DNA of 63,947 nucleotides, the filler included, from Choristocarpus tenellus KU-1152 (lineage: Eukaryota > Protista > Phaeophyceae), in the NCBI GenBank assembly GCA_964200185.2. It is 11 parts of 11 records of this genome, joined end to end, with 100 filler letters (N's around TTAATTAATTAA, not from the genome) between each part and the next. Parts side by side here need not be neighbours in the genome. Positions count along the whole stretch, not along the records: positions 20,814 to 36,668 come from CAXNAD020000918.1; positions 36,769 to 41,083 come from CAXNAD020015145.1; 9 more parts are not named here. One strand, written 5' to 3'. Positions 23,283-37,573 of this stretch are shown piece after piece (position 1 is the stretch's first letter; each line of letters begins with the position of its first letter). The notes beneath the pieces were generated by a model that saw only the letters and a list, made by a program, of their open reading frames with translations, was not told where the DNA came from and did no database searches. A program made the translations under genes and the position numbers.

Positions 23283-26200
23283 GTTCCAAACCTCTATGCT
23301 GCGGACGAGTTGGAAAAGATTGTGGGCATGGTACGACCCCTTGCAAAGGCTGCTGGCAAACTTGAAACACGAGACGTCATTCTCCAGCACTACGTTCAGC
23401 TAGGTAAACATAGTCGGCCTATTCCATTCACAGTAGCTGTTTTTCTCATTTTTTCCTCAAATCGGCTACCCAGCTGAGGATTAGACTTAGTTACCCATTG
23501 GATCTAACTACCTCATGAACAAAATTAATCCAAACGAGTCAAAGCATTTAAGAGGGTAAGGCCGTGTTCGTTCGGGACCATAAATCCAATGTTGTGATTT
23601 TGGTTATTTTTGCTATCGTGTTTGTTAGCAAGTGTCAGTATCCTTGGTCCAGACACACCTTTCACAGTTGTATACGCTTTAGGCAACTGTGTTCGCACAG
23701 AAAACCGAAGTAGGACGTAAGAAACCCGTGGGAAGCCAAACCTCAAATGGACAAACAGGGCAAAACTCCTACCCTCTTGAATGATTTGGGTCAATGCTAC
23801 AACACGCTCTTGTCCCTTAGTATCTAGAATGCGTGACATAACCTTCCTTTTAATGTCAAGCAACTGAAGTGAAGTAGTTAGATAAAGGTTAACACTATTG
23901 TCTTCCCATTCCTTAGGTACAACTTACTACCTCAGAGTATCCCACTGTGCTTTACGCCATGCCTGTGCCTGGAATGCAGTTAACCCTCCTAAAGAGGGTG
24001 TAACTTCTGTAGAAGAAAAGTTTGAATGTGAACGCATGCTCCGATGAAAGCATCTCCCACTGCACTCAAAATACATGTACCACAAGGCAGTCGTCTGGGA
24101 TTTTGATTTTGAACTACCCCAGAAGTTCAAATCAATCTTGCCAGAATTATGTGATCTCCTCTTGTTCCGAGATATTTTGAACTTCCTTCTTGTCAAGAAA
24201 TGCCGATAAACTACACTGTTTCGCTCTTCAACACATTGCCCTGATCCTGTTTTCTTAACCACCTCATGTAACCATCCTCAAAACCTTCACAGTCCGGGAG
24301 AATTTGCATGTTGTCCTGTGCATGAGCCCCATTGGGGCAGGATTTCGCAACCATTGCCGCATGTTCCCGTCTTTGGTCAACTGCTGCACAGTTGATTGGT
24401 TCAATGTGAGAGGGTTGGCCTTTCTTGCTCTAACATGATCGCTACCCTATGATGTGTCACCTCAAAGAAGTCTTGGCAGTCATCAACCTGAAGCATTTCT
24501 ATTGGGAGACCTTTTTTCAAATTTTTCAAAATTCGAAAGGGATGCACTTCCTTCGTCTCATTATTATTCATTGATCGCAACAGAAATCATGTTTCGATAC
24601 AAATATGCCAATTCCTTTATGAAGAAAGTCAGTGAGTGATACACCCAGCGATTTCCGAGCTAATATGACGCTGTTCAAGCAATATCTATCTCACATTTGT
24701 TTGTTCTGTCTACTCCTCCTGATCGTGAAGTCTTTCCTATAGCAGACTCAAATTATATTGAAACAATCTCAGGCCAACATATACTTGTCTTCAACGTTTA
24801 CTGTCAGGCATGGCCTGTGGAGGCTTTATCTTCTGTGGCCAAATATTTCCTCTCCGGTCAGGCAAAGCTAGGAATCGAACGCTTTGTGGACCCCTTGTGC
24901 GCAATGGCAGTCAGTATCCACAGGGCAGTTGAGCGGGAAACAGTAAGGTGAAGCACAAGGCAGTCCTCACTGGATGGACAATAGCACAAATAATATCCGC
25001 AGTAGAAGCAAGCAAGTTCTTCAAGGTAGAGTCTTCATGAGAAGGAGATAACAGTCTGATTAACATGCGACTCCAACTTTTTTTCATCTCACCCATTCAT
25101 AGGGACTTCCCCTTTAGCCTAATCTAAGAGTTTTTAACAAATTTATGTATTAGAGACATTGCGGGTGCCATCATTGTGTTCCTTGTTTTCCCTATGATGT
25201 CACCATACTTAACTGATACTTGAATAGGCATTTATCTACAGCGAACACTCATATGGCCCTCAAACAAATGTTTGGACGAGTAAATTTTCAACGTCCCCTA
25301 GGCCATGATGACACAACTATGCACATAGAGATATCCCCTACTAAACCTCATGATATGCATTATTATCTCTATAATTTTTTCCCCCCCCTCTTTTTCCTTT
25401 TTCTCTTACCAATTTCCGTAGGGCTGCTCTATCTTTTATAATGTACCACGGGTTGTCCATGTCATATTTCGTCTGTTAGTACTGGCTTAGTTGTGTTGTT
25501 TGGAAACGTGATAGTCTCAATTTGGAGCTAAAGCCTAGGTTCCCTTGCTAGTTATGAGGGCATGTGTTCCAAAATAAAACAGAGATAAAATGATCCATGC
25601 CCATGTCAGGTATGAAAAAGAGCTTGGCCGCAAGAGCTACACCACACCAACGTCATACCTGGAACTCATCAAGCTGTACCTTGATATGTTGGGTACACAG
25701 CGAGAGGCTGTAAGCACAAATGAGAGGCGGTACCGTAATGGACTCCAGAAGTTGGAGGAGACCAAAGTAATGGTCAATGATCTGCAGGTAGTTGACGGGA
25801 TAAGCAGTTGGGTGTGGGAAGCACTGTGTGTGTACAAGGCGGTTTCATCTTATTCGCTGCAATAGTCCATTAATTTGAAGTCACCTTATCAATCTTTGGT
25901 TTTACACTCATATGCAACATACCAAGCTCAATCAATTGGCATATCCCTCAAAGGCAAAACGCCTTATTTAGGGATTGAGCAACTCGCTCATTGCACAAAA
26001 GTCAACAACACCCAATCAATGGCACATCAGAGCCAAAGTATCTTAGGGGGTAGCTCCGTGTCCATTTGGGGGTCAAANNNNNNNNNNTTGCGATTTTGAT
26101 GTAATTTTAGCTATCGTGTTTGTTAGAAAGTGTCAATATCTATGTTTCGGACACACCTTTTGATAACGTATAGATTATACCCAAACCCTAAACAATTTGG

Positions 26201-29200
26201 AGTAGGAAAATTTCTTTAAAAAACATGGGAAGCCAAGCCCCAAAAGGACAAACAGGGCAAAACTCGTACCCTCTAAGATACTTTCACTCATCAACTTTCC
26301 CATGAACCAGTAGGCAACCTCAGCCTAGTACTTGACTAGTTTTTAGCTGATCACACAGTTGATGCAATTTACAAGGACCCAAATCCGAACCTCTGTTCAG
26401 GCTACCCTGACAGAAATGCAGCCCCAGCTTGTTCAGGCAGCTATTGACACTGAGGCCTTGATCACAAAGGTATGTGAGCTCCAGAAATGCGTATTTCTTG
26501 AAGTAGAATATACAATTTCTGCTTCAACCATCCTCAGCATGGTGAGGTAGAGTAATTTCCAGTCTTGCAACAAAAGATAAAGATATTTGAGCTATCCTTT
26601 GAGTATGACAAGACGTTGTGGGTATCATGCACAAATCATCCATGCCAAAAGGTTTGTCTCCATTTTCCTACTCCAGTCTTTGTGCTTTAAGACTGACATC
26701 CAAATAATTTTGGCGTGGTGTATCCTGTTGACTTGATATTTTGTCTTGAAATTAGGGAAACACAAACCTGTCCATTTCGCTTGTATGAGGTAGGGTGCTG
26801 CCCCATTTCCCAGCCATACTAAAACCTCTTCACAGTCTAAGGAGAACTGCAACGACTAGGATTCGCAAACATAGGAAAATCCTATTTCACTGGAGATGAC
26901 ACGTCCAGACAGTTGATAGTGCCTTCATATGAAGGACACATAGAGGGGTTGTCTTTTCAGGGCAACAATTGAGAAACGTCTTTGGAACACTTGAGAAACA
27001 TCCTTGGAACTCCAATTATTAAAGGCGGCATGCCACCTGCTTCCTTCATTGGTTGCTTACTACATATTGAGCTCGTCTATATTCAATTCCCACTCCTCCC
27101 ATAAGGTAGTCCATTAATTGTTTCGTACGTTTTCCTCTATGTAAGGTGACAGCAGACCAGCTTGTTGCAGATGAGCAGCAGGCTGTGGTGGAGAGTGACG
27201 TCGAAGAAGCCAACAAGGTTGCAGCAAATGTCCAAGTCATCAAAGATGATTGCCAAAAGGTACAACAAGAGAGCCTGCAGTGCATGAACAAAGAGTCTGG
27301 CAAAGAGACATTCAGCATCACTGTGAAACCTTTGATGCTCCCCACTCCACCAAGATAGTTTCATCTTTAATCCATTGGTCAGTGACTTCCCCATTTAGCC
27401 ATTCAAGATCGAACATAAAACGGTTGCGCCAACTTGTTGAAGTTACAAGACCTTGAGCTAGAGATCAGTGCGATTGCCTCTTTCATAATGGGTAGACAGT
27501 CAAAGCCTTAGTTTTTTGTTTGCTCAAGATGTGACATTGTTGCCCCCAGAATACAAAATTTTAAGCTCAATATTTTAAGGGCAATGGCAAAATCCAAAGC
27601 TAAACTCTGTGCCTTGTTTTGTCCTGTAACATTGGTATTTTGCATTAACAATGTTTCCAACATATTCCCGTGATTGCTGTGTAGGACCTAGATGAAGCCA
27701 TGCCAGCATATCACAACGCCATCAAGGCCCTGGATTCACTTGACAAAAAAAGCATCCAGGAGATGAAGAGCTTCACAAATCCACCACAGGTATAGCTCAC
27801 CATCGAATAATGACAATGAGTAAATTCTGTACTCCAGAGTATAACAAATTCTGTAATGGCTGGCATCAGCTGTCTCCCCACCTACCTTCCTCTTTTGATA
27901 GGAAAAATGAGCTCAAGCTGTGGGGAACATGAATCAACATTCACAGGAGTAGACATAGGGAAATGCTTGCCTATCACTTGGCATCAAAGGAAGTTGAGAA
28001 ACACGTAGCCTGATGAACATATACTGGGCTAGGTATCCTTGTCTCGTAGTCAACTCGATGGAGTCCCCTACCTGTTTTGTTGTTTTGAATACTTCACTTT
28101 GCTGATCCTATTGAATCATTGCCTGTGGCTACTATTTTTTGTGCGGTGCATGGGCGTGGAACTGGTGGGTACTGGCTCGCAGATGGTGGCATACACCATG
28201 GAGGCTGTATGTATTCTACTGGGTTCCAAGCCCAATTGGAACGAGGCAAAGAAACATCTGTCAAAGATGACCTTCATGGATGACCTCAAGGTAGGATAAT
28301 ACATTTAGTTCCTCTAAAGATTGTCCTGATATCTCTGCCTTCACATACCTACTGTTGAGAATGCCCATAACATTTCTCTGATCCGGTTCTATCATACTAG
28401 ACCGCAACCACCTTTTGTTGCCCTCCAGTCTCTTCAAAATCTTGTTCGGCATGTATCATAATATTCTTATGAGTGCACCACGGTTCCAACCTCTAGGTCC
28501 AACATCATGTACTTGTTAAGTCTTGTAAATATACTTCCCTGCATAGACCTTAGACTCCTTGCTCATTTGATCCATTCAACACGGTATCCCTGGATTAAAC
28601 TAAATGCCAGTCTTCTGACCAAAGGGAAATTCGTCTGTTGCTGTGCATCAGACCTGCCACTGCACAACTGTGTTTTGCCTCCATGATAAATCATACCTCC
28701 CGTCTTGCCTTATAGGCCATTACTTATTGAGTCTAACCAGTTTGAAATGTAGGCTGTTGACATTTCTTAATTCTTCATCATAGTTGGAAGGGGAAAATGC
28801 AAGTTCTTGAAATTGAGAACAGGCCACAAACAAGGTTTGACACTGATCTGACAGTGGTCCTCTTCTTTTTCTGACAGGCATATGATAAGGACAACATTGC
28901 ACCCAAGGTGATTAGAAGTCTGAAGAGCTATGTTGACAATCCCTCCTTTCAGCCAGAGGAAGTAAACAAGGTAAGAATAATTCATATTTCCTTCAAGTGC
29001 CTTTAATTCCCTATGTTCCTTGTTAAAAATATTCTCACATCCATGCCCATAATCCCCATCCTCACCTCACACCATAAACATACAAACATCAGTCACATAT
29101 TAGACAACAAATTGTACTCTCCATGCTCAATAATCACATGACATTGGCCTCAAACCGTAACCTGGAAGGTCTCCTCGGCAGCGAAGAGTCTGTGCATGTG

Positions 29201-32200
29201 GGCCAGAGCTATGTACACATACGACAGAGTGGCCAAGAACATTGGACCCAAGAAGGAAGCCCTGGCCCGGGCTGAGCAGGAGCTTGCAGTTGTGCAGACC
29301 GAGCTTGGAAAAAAGCAAGGCGCCCTTCGTGAGGTTAGCTGGTTGAGTAGGGGATGGTTGGCAACGTGTGACTCACCCTGTACATGGGATAATTGAAAGG
29401 TTTGGTGGAAGGTCGGATGGCTGCATGTGTTTACAACTGAAAGCAAAATATTCGGGAAAGCTATACAACAAACATTTTATGTCCCAGAATACATGCCTAT
29501 ATGTTTTTTGCGGACATTTAAAAAAATGTCCAACCAGATTCTTGCTGCAGTGGCAGAGCTTAAGGCAACCTTGGCTTCAACAGAAAAAAAGAAAGAGGAA
29601 CTGGAGGCACAGGCGAGCAAGACCACAGATCAACTGAGGTGAGAACAACATCGAAAATGACATCATTTTTTTTATATAATGTACTCCTGTCAATGTGACC
29701 TGAAGCAAGAACAGTAGGAGGTTCTTGATCCCACAAGTAGACTACTTCTTGAACACCATATAGAAGTCAATTATCTTGTTTGTGCATACTTCTCAGACGT
29801 GCAGAGCAGCTGATTGGTGGGCTTGGAGATGAGCGGGAACGCTGGGAGCAGTCTGCTGAACGTTTGTCAAATGACCTGAAAAATCTTGTAGGGAATGTCA
29901 TGCTGGCCTCGGGCTGCCTTGCGTACCTTGGGCCCTTCACAAGCCAATTCCGCAAGGTATGTTCACTTCTGTCTCCTAGGAAGTGTCCTGAATGGAGCTC
30001 TCTTGTGGCAGGAAATAGTACACCAAAGAAAGCTATTTGTCCACAGCAAACTCCTTTCAGAATCAGAGGGCTCATGGACACGAATAAATAAGAACACTAG
30101 CATATTCTGGATGAGATCAAACAAGTCAGCACAAAAATAGAGTTAATTGTTTGACGAGCACATTGGATTTAACATTTACACGGTTACTTTGTGGTGGAAC
30201 TGTGTTTCTATCCGTAGGTAGTGTGAAGTGAGTTCTTTGGATGGGCTCTTGCCAGGAAATACCACATTGGTCACTTATATTCTCCTTGTTGTGCTGTGTA
30301 GGACAAGGAATATTTGGTTCCATTTGGGCACAGCTGAGTCCAAATATTATGCTTCGAAGTCTATGCAACATATGTGAGACGCGATCCCAAAATAACTCAT
30401 GACCAAAGTTTATCAGAGTGTAATGCTTCCGAAAATATGGTACTACCAAGTGTTCCCTATGTACCCACCAGCCATGTGAACTCCACCTCTCGAGTATAAA
30501 ATCTACTCATTCCTATCCCTGTATTTATTGAAGGCACTGGACAGATAGGGAAGGTCACTTCGTACTGCAAAGTTTACCCGCTCAAATGTTCGGGTCTCCT
30601 CTAAAGTTAACAGGTGTTCATTGTAGGTGGATCAATTGGTGAAATTGTTTACTATGATACTGAGTAAGGGTTAGTATATCATGCTACCAAAGTAGAGGAG
30701 AAACAGCACTGTACCTTGTTCCATAATGTTGCAACACACCCTTCACCAATTTTCCAGAGAAAATTGCGGCACCATCTTCGTCACATTCCCCAGTCCCTCT
30801 CTTACTTCGATCATTCGAACCTCATGACACAACTTCATTAAACACTTCGGCATCAGGACATGGCAACAGGGTGGGTGACTCTTTGCAAAGACAAAGGTAT
30901 CCCTGTTGCAGATGACTTCTCCTTGGAAGGGGTATTGGCAGAGCCTGTCACTGTTCGCGGCTGGCAACTCATGGGTCTGCCAGCAGATGAGTTCAGTACA
31001 GAGAATGGAATGCTCACCACGATGGGCAGACGGTGGCCGCTAATGATTGACCCACAGGGACAGGCCAATCGCTGGGTGCGCAATATGTACGCTGATGCAA
31101 ATCTCCAGGTGAGATAAGGCTCCAAATATCGAACTATCCCCTCAGTGTATAGCTCTGTTTGAAGTGCCATGTATTTTACTCTTCTTGAGTCCATCTTCAG
31201 TCACTTTTCTCTTTCTGACTGCATCATTTTGATTTGCCATGTTTTGCTCTGTTGCACCCCTTCTCCTCCTTCTCCCTACGCTCTTTGACTGTCCAGATGC
31301 CCCAGAGTATCCTTGACCTGTGGCCTTGCCTGGGATTCACTGCCACCCCTCCCTTCAAAATCTGCCCCATAAAACCAACAATCCCCCCAATAACCCTAGT
31401 CTTCCTGTAAACCAACTTCTTGTACCCTCAATTATCAGGCAGTTATCCAATTTTCTTGAGTCCTGACCTGACTTCATAGTACAAGAACTCAACATGTCTT
31501 TGAGCCAAAGTATCTTAGAGGGTAGAGCCTCGTCCATTTGGGGGTCAAAATCCAATATTGCAATTTCGATGTAATTTTGGCTATTGTGTTTGTTAGGAAG
31601 TGTCAATATCCTTGTTTCGGACGCACCTTTTCATAACGCATGCATTTTACCTACTCCGAAATTATTTTGGTTTGGGAAAATATCATTAAAAAAAAACAAG
31701 GGAAGCCAAGCCCCAAATGGACAAACAGGGCAAAACTCGTACCCTCTAACATACTTTCACTCTTTCACAAATATAGTGTTGCTAACTGTTCATAGTTCAT
31801 GCCCTTGCGTTTACAGGTTATCAAGCTTACTGAGAAGGACTTTCTGAGGACTCTGGAGAATGGAATCAGGTATGGTGCAGCAGTGCTACTGGAAAACGTG
31901 GAGGAAGACCTTGATCCTGGTCTGGAGCCAGTCCTGCTGAAGCAGGTAGATTTAAGTGTTCAGTGGCCCTATTTTAATTGTATTACTAACTCATTATACC
32001 ACACCAGTATTGCCATGATATGGATCCACTCTAACATTGGTAGCCACGACTTCTGGCTCAGAGTATCTGGAGGGGGGGTGGTGGCTATCCATTTGGGGTC
32101 AATTTTTTCATGTCACGATTTTTGTGTGATTTGGTTGCATATGTCGGATGGAAAATGTAAGTGCACTTTTCCTGGTTCTGCCCCAAATGAACACCCAGGT

Positions 32201-32204
32201 ATAG

Positions 32205-32237
<33 letters not shown>

Positions 32238-35200
32238 CCNNNNNNTTTTTTTTGGTGGGGGGAAAAATTTAAGCCCCTTTTCTGCTTTTCCCCCCAAAAA
32301 AAACCCCAAGGATAGCCCCCCCCCCCCCCCCCCCCCCAGATACTTTGGGTCTCTACATCTGACGTAGAAATGTGAAGTATTATGATATCAATTCTGCTGG
32401 ATTGAGGTTCGTGCGCAGTTGAAGTGTGGGTGAAACAGACTGAGAAAAGGGTGTATTGTAGAAGGTGCTCTAAGGGCTCCAAATTACCTTGTGACATCCC
32501 TCTACCCACCATGCACGAGCAGGTGTTCAAGAAGGGAGGACAGAACTTACTTCGACTGGGAGACACAGATGTACCCTACAGTGACGAATTCAGGTTTTTT
32601 GTCACCACAAAATTGGCCAACCCTCACTACATGCCTGAGATATGCATCAAGGTCAGGGAAGATTGTTGGGCTTAGGTTAACTGTTGTTGCTGTGCAATCA
32701 GATATTGATCACGCCTTAGCCTTCATTGAAGGATTAGATCATTGAAATTGTTGGATAGTTTGACATCGTAGCAGAAAATACCTAGGTCTTAGTCAGGGTA
32801 GTGGTTACAGCTTAGTAAGGTTTTAGTGAGTCCTTCAACCTTGGCGGGACATCACTGAGGGCTTACCATCAATCAAATAAAAATCATGGAGTTATTTCCC
32901 TCCATTCACTTCTATTGATGGTATGGTTTCATCCTTCCATAAACTGGAACATCAACCTCAGCGAGAAATTCATTCTTTCGTCACTATCCACTGTAATTGA
33001 GAGATCAATCCTCACCCTCCCTCAGGTTCCCTTTCCTGCTATATTTGCCATGCTATCATGAGTTGGCCATAGTCTCCTACACACAATTGCTGACTCCTAC
33101 TGATTTAATGGTGTAATATTTTGAACATTCCTAACTTGTGATGAAAGCCATGAGTCTTGTGACAAAGGTAGCGAGATGAGACCCCCTAAGCATACCTACA
33201 TAAATCAACAAAACTTGACTAAAGAAGAAACACAAACTGACCAAGATTTCATCATTTTACCTCTCATTTGTTCTTTGCTGTACCAAAGATATCCGTGCCA
33301 ATCTCGCTCATGCTTCATTGGCAGGCTGTACTAGATCTTTGTTTGCACCCGCACTGAACCTCAGTCATATTAGATCCTATTCACATCCTCCCTTACCACC
33401 CTTGCCTTCACGTCTGCATCTATACTCACCACCTTCCAACAGGTTACTGTCATTAACTTTACAGTGACAATGACAGGCCTTGAAGATCAACTCCTAGTGG
33501 ATGTGGTGAAGAATGAGCGGCCAGACCTTGAGGCCAAGAAGGATGAGCTGGTACGTCCCTCAGAAAAACGGCAGAAGTATTTATTGGACAAAAAGCAGTT
33601 TATATGGTTTACATGTTTACAGACAGAACAGCTGCGTTGAACACCATGTGGCCATGGTGGAATTTGATATTATAGTCCCCCATAGTCTATGAACCTGAGT
33701 GAAATACAATAGCATCTTCTATACCTAGGATGGTATTGAGCAATCCAAGGATGAAGTTGCAACATTTCTTTGTTGCAGAACTCAACCTTGGTCAAAACAG
33801 CAATCCACTCACAAAATTTCCCCAGGAGCACATGGGGTATACTCATTTCCACCCATCTTCCTGTTTCTCTTCCTCTTTGTGTTCTATCAAACCCTGTGTA
33901 ACAGGTTGTAAACATAGCGAACGACCAGAAGACTCTGAAGGAAATCGAGAACAAAATCCTGTACATGCTTGCAAATGCTTCTGGTGAGAGCTGCACCGCA
34001 AGCTGTACCATTTTTTTCATATTGTGTGTATCACCCACCCAATTGTGCTTCGTTAGTTTTTCAGTGAGATCTTTATTCGACACCTCACCCTATGTTTCCA
34101 TTGCGCAAATTGGGGGGATCTTTGACTACTACCCTCTACTCAATACACTACTTGGTTGAGATCCGAAAAAAAATCCTTGGTTCATTACTCACACACATTG
34201 TATATTCCTGATTGTTCAAGTATTCAAAGATTTGTAGTCACCCAACTTTATTTGCAATACCTGTGATCAGCAATCTTCTTGCACTAAAACATTTTGAAGG
34301 TAACACATACTATGACAAGTAAGAGGTTGATTTTACTTCAGGAGAAGTTCCTAAAATGCCCCTGCTAATATCTTGCTGTCTCCAGCCCGAAAGGGCTCTA
34401 TGTTATGTATTTCTACCCATGCTATACCATGCAACATCATGTTGATGAATTATGTCCATGTACTTCAGAGTTATTTATAATATCATTACACACTGCTGTA
34501 TTAGTGAGTGTAGGTGGAAATAATCCTACACAGTTGCGGTGATGGTATGGCCATGCTGGAGCCACTCGGCTTGCTACCATATTGTCTCCCCTGCAACAGG
34601 CATCGACCAACAAACACTTTGTACTAGGCACGAACTCAAACATACCTAAAGTCTTCCAAAAATACGGGGGGGAATTGTGCTTGACATGCTGTGTGGTACT
34701 TCATATTCAAACAACCCCCATTATACAGTCGTACACCTTTACTCATGAGGCATATATACGTCAAAGATACCATGCATATGAAACAACTATGGACATGATT
34801 CTCCTACTTTCGAAATTGACAAATACAAATGCTCCCCAGGGAGTGCTGACTACTAGTAGTGACAAAAACAGCACTATCCTGTCATATGGGTAACATTGAA
34901 AGCCCTTTTCATACCCCTCTATGCTATCTCCCATCACTATCCACCAGAATTATTTTTGCAGCGTTCCTACCTTACATCAACTCCTATCTGAAACAGATTT
35001 GTCCCCCCACCCTCCCACCCTCATTCTCCACCCTTCTCGACCTTCGTTCATCGTCTAAATATAGGTAATATCCTGGATGATGAGGAGCTGATCAACGCAC
35101 TTTCACAGTCCAAGGTCACATCCAAGGCTATCAACGAACGCCTGACGGAGGCAGAAGCCACCACTCGAGAGATCAACGAAACCCGCGAATCTTATAGGTG

Positions 35201-36330
35201 AGAGAAAATCTTACTGTGAATCAAAGTATCTTAGGGGGAAGAGCCCCGTCCGTTTGAGGGTCAAAATCCAATGTGGCGATTTTGATGTAATTTTGGTTAT
35301 CGTGTTTGTTAGGAAGTGTCAATATCTATTCTTCGGACACAACTTTTCATAACATACACATTTTTCCTACTCCGAAACATGTTGGAGTTGAAAAATGTCA
35401 TAAAAAAAACTATGGGAAGCCAAAGCCCCAAATGGACAAACAGGGAAAAACTCATACCCTCTAAGACACTTTCACTCTGTTTTGGTGCTTATCGCAGAGT
35501 ACACTCATGTGATGGAGGTCAAGAGTGCCAAGTCATTGTAGAAATCAATGTTCAAAACACTAGTGTTTCGTACTAGTGCCAATGATTAGTTACGTTATCT
35601 TTTTCAAGGCCACTGCACTGCATGGTACCCTTGACGTACTTCCTAATATTCCTGAAAATTTCCTGCAATGTGCCAAGTGTTACCTTTTCCGCAAAGAATT
35701 TTCAATTCAGTATCTCTCAAGTCTCCACTGTTTATTTTGACAGTAACTTAAGGAAGCACACCATTCAGAACATTCAATTCTGACTATTAATAGTACATCA
35801 CAAACATAGCAAGTACGGAACCCGAGTTCAAATGTTGCCCCCCCCTCACCAAGGGCCGTCAGCCCATAAATACACATGTTCATATACTTTCTGTACAGCC
35901 AAACTCACTCTATCAAAGGAGCTCATAGCCTGTACTAAATATTTATTGTTATACCACACACACTGATATATGGTTTATCCAAGGGCCTCACCACAGGCAG
36001 CAGACTTGAATATTCTTACCTGGCATACTAGTTGTATTGCTAAAACATAGTAGAAGTACTATATTTTGCTGGTACAGTGTGTACCAATGGCTCACTGTCA
36101 CAAGATAACCTCCTGTGGGGTTATGCATTGGTTGCTGCAACATGTCATCATGATTAATTATGCCTCTACTGCAGGGTGGTTGCCACACGAGGCTCCATCA
36201 TTTACTTTGTTATGGCTGGACTGAGCAACGTGGACCCAATGTACCAGTACAGCCTGAATTTTTACAAGGAGCTCTTTACACAAAGATTACAGAGGGCAAT
36301 CAAGCACGATGAGGTCCCCGAACGACTGAG
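23283..36330 (+). CDS. DNAH6: Axonemal inner-arm dynein heavy chain (DNAH6-like), internal part: AAA4, stalk/MTBD, AAA5, strut
   Basis: Nineteen GT-AG exons with consistent phases and no stops: 23283-23403, 24293-24405, 24808-24947, 25610-25787, 26401-26469, 27146-27259, 27685-27789, 28183-28290, 28878-28970, 29169-29333, 29538-29638, 29797-29956, 30857-31108, 31817-31945, 32523-32651, 33443-33550, 33905-33983, 35065-35197, 36175-36330. Motifs [94 protein letters not shown] and the short MTBD flap (LLGSKPNW) favour the DNAH6 type; the paralogue call is less certain than the family call. Confidence 0.97.
23536..23792 (+). mobile_element. MITE family B, diverged copy in dynein intron
   Basis: GAGTCAAAGCATTTAAGAGGGTA ... 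CAAATGGACAAACAGGGCAAAACTCCTACCCTCTTGAATGATTTGGGTC. Flanks AAC/AAT. Confidence 0.8.
26030..26289 (+). mobile_element. MITE family B, complete copy in dynein intron (contains a 10-N gap)
   Basis: GAGCCAAAGTATCTTAGGGGGTA ... TACCCTCTAAGATACTTTCACTC, flanked by ATCA on both sides. Confidence 0.9.
31502..31762 (+). mobile_element. MITE family B, complete copy in dynein intron
   Basis: Same TIRs, flanked by TTT on both sides. Confidence 0.9.
32055..32351 (-). mobile_element. MITE family A in dynein intron (assembly gap in poly-C)
   Basis: GGCTCAGAGTATCTGG ... CCAGATACTTTGGGTC, flanked by TCT on both sides. Confidence 0.85.
35218..35477 (+). mobile_element. MITE family B, complete copy 20 bp after a dynein donor site
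   Basis: GAATCAAAGTATCTTAGGGG ... CCCTCTAAGACACTTTCACTC, flanked by TGT on both sides. Confidence 0.9.
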
Positions 36331-36559
36331 GTGTGCCTTGCGTTTTTGACCATTTTGGGAATACTGAGTACTTTTGTTCTTCTTCATGGACCGCTTGATA
36401 GAAACAGTGACCAGTACCAGTGTAAAATCAAGTCAGTGCCAAATATCAGCGGCAGATTCGAAAAGAAAGCGAGGAAGGTGTATTGTGTGCACTGGGGAAC
36501 CACAACCAACACAGGTGCATTGAAGATGCGAACAATATCTGAGTTGTTGCTATGATCCT

Positions 36560-36668
36560 GACCCAAAGTATCTGAAGGGGGGGGGGGGGGGGGCATCACC
36601 AAGGGTGTCCATTTGGACCAAAATAAGGAAAAATGCATTTACATTACCCATCTGACGTATGCAACCAA
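36560..36668 (+). mobile_element. MITE family A, truncated by contig end
   Basis: GACCCAAAGTATCTGAAGGGG...GGGTGTCCATTTGGA...TGACGTATGCAACCAA. Confidence 0.85.
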
Positions 36669-36768
36669 NNNNNNNNNNNNNNNNNNNNNNNNNNNNNNNN
36701 NNNNNNNNNNNNTTAATTAATTAANNNNNNNNNNNNNNNNNNNNNNNNNNNNNNNNNNNNNNNNNNNN
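36669..36768. other. Artificial contig spacer
   Basis: N44-TTAATTAATTAA-N44. Confidence 0.98.
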
Positions 36769-37197
36769 GGGAAATTGGTGAAAAATGTAAAGGGAAATCC
36801 CAGGGGGGGGGGGGGGGGGGGGGAGGGAGGGAGGGGGTTAGCATACAAAACTGAAATTTTAAAAAGAAAAATATGTTTCTTCTGAAGCATCTGATCAGAT
36901 CACATATTTCGATGATGCCTGCTTATGCAACCATAAATTGGTCATCGAAGCTCGATGTTGTTGCCGCCACAGCATTGGCCCATCATAATAAGGGAAAGGT
37001 GTACTAACCCTATCACAACACCTCTACGATAGAGGCGCCAGTTTAACAACAAACGTACAAGGCAGCCACAGCATAAACCACATCCAGAGCACCAAACTGG
37101 GAAGAAATGCCTAACAACTGCCACATTGCACAACCAGTACCCCAGCAATGGAAAAGAGACTAGAGGAGGGGGGTGGGGGGAGGTAACATAATCTCAC

Positions 37198-37517
37198 CTC
37201 AATGGCAATGTCTTGTGCCTGACCCTGGAGGGGATCTTCCATCCCAGTCCTTTGCATCAGAAAACGGGAGTTGGGCATGGCTGCCCGGTCACCGCGAGAA
37301 CCAGCTCCAACAAGAAATGAAACCATCCCTGTGGCTAGCCCAAAGTTTACTGTTCTGATGCGGGGATGTATTTCCATCATGACATCATACAGCGACAAGG
37401 CAGGCCTGATCAGAGCCCCAGGGCAATTGAAATACAGGGTGATGGGTGCCTCATAGTCCTCTTCATGGAAGTACAGCAGCATTGCAATCAACTGGGTCAA
37501 AACAGGGGAGAGTCCAG

Positions 37518-37573
<56 letters not shown>

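Noticed and set aside
24340-24365. FRNHCR instead of FRxRxR in dynein AAA4 as a sign of pseudogenisation
   Set aside because: A single substitution in an otherwise intact 19-exon frame.
32240-32335. Apparent second MITE half inside 32055-32351
   Set aside because: Homopolymer-rich sequence next to an N gap, likely low-quality read sequence duplicating the same arm.
23283-36330. MITEs acting as introners that created dynein introns
   Set aside because: All MITEs lie inside longer introns and none supplies a splice site.
23283-36330. Non-canonical introns or an alternative genetic code
   Set aside because: All reconstructed dynein, clpR, COPA and RGS introns are GT-AG and exons translate cleanly in the standard code.
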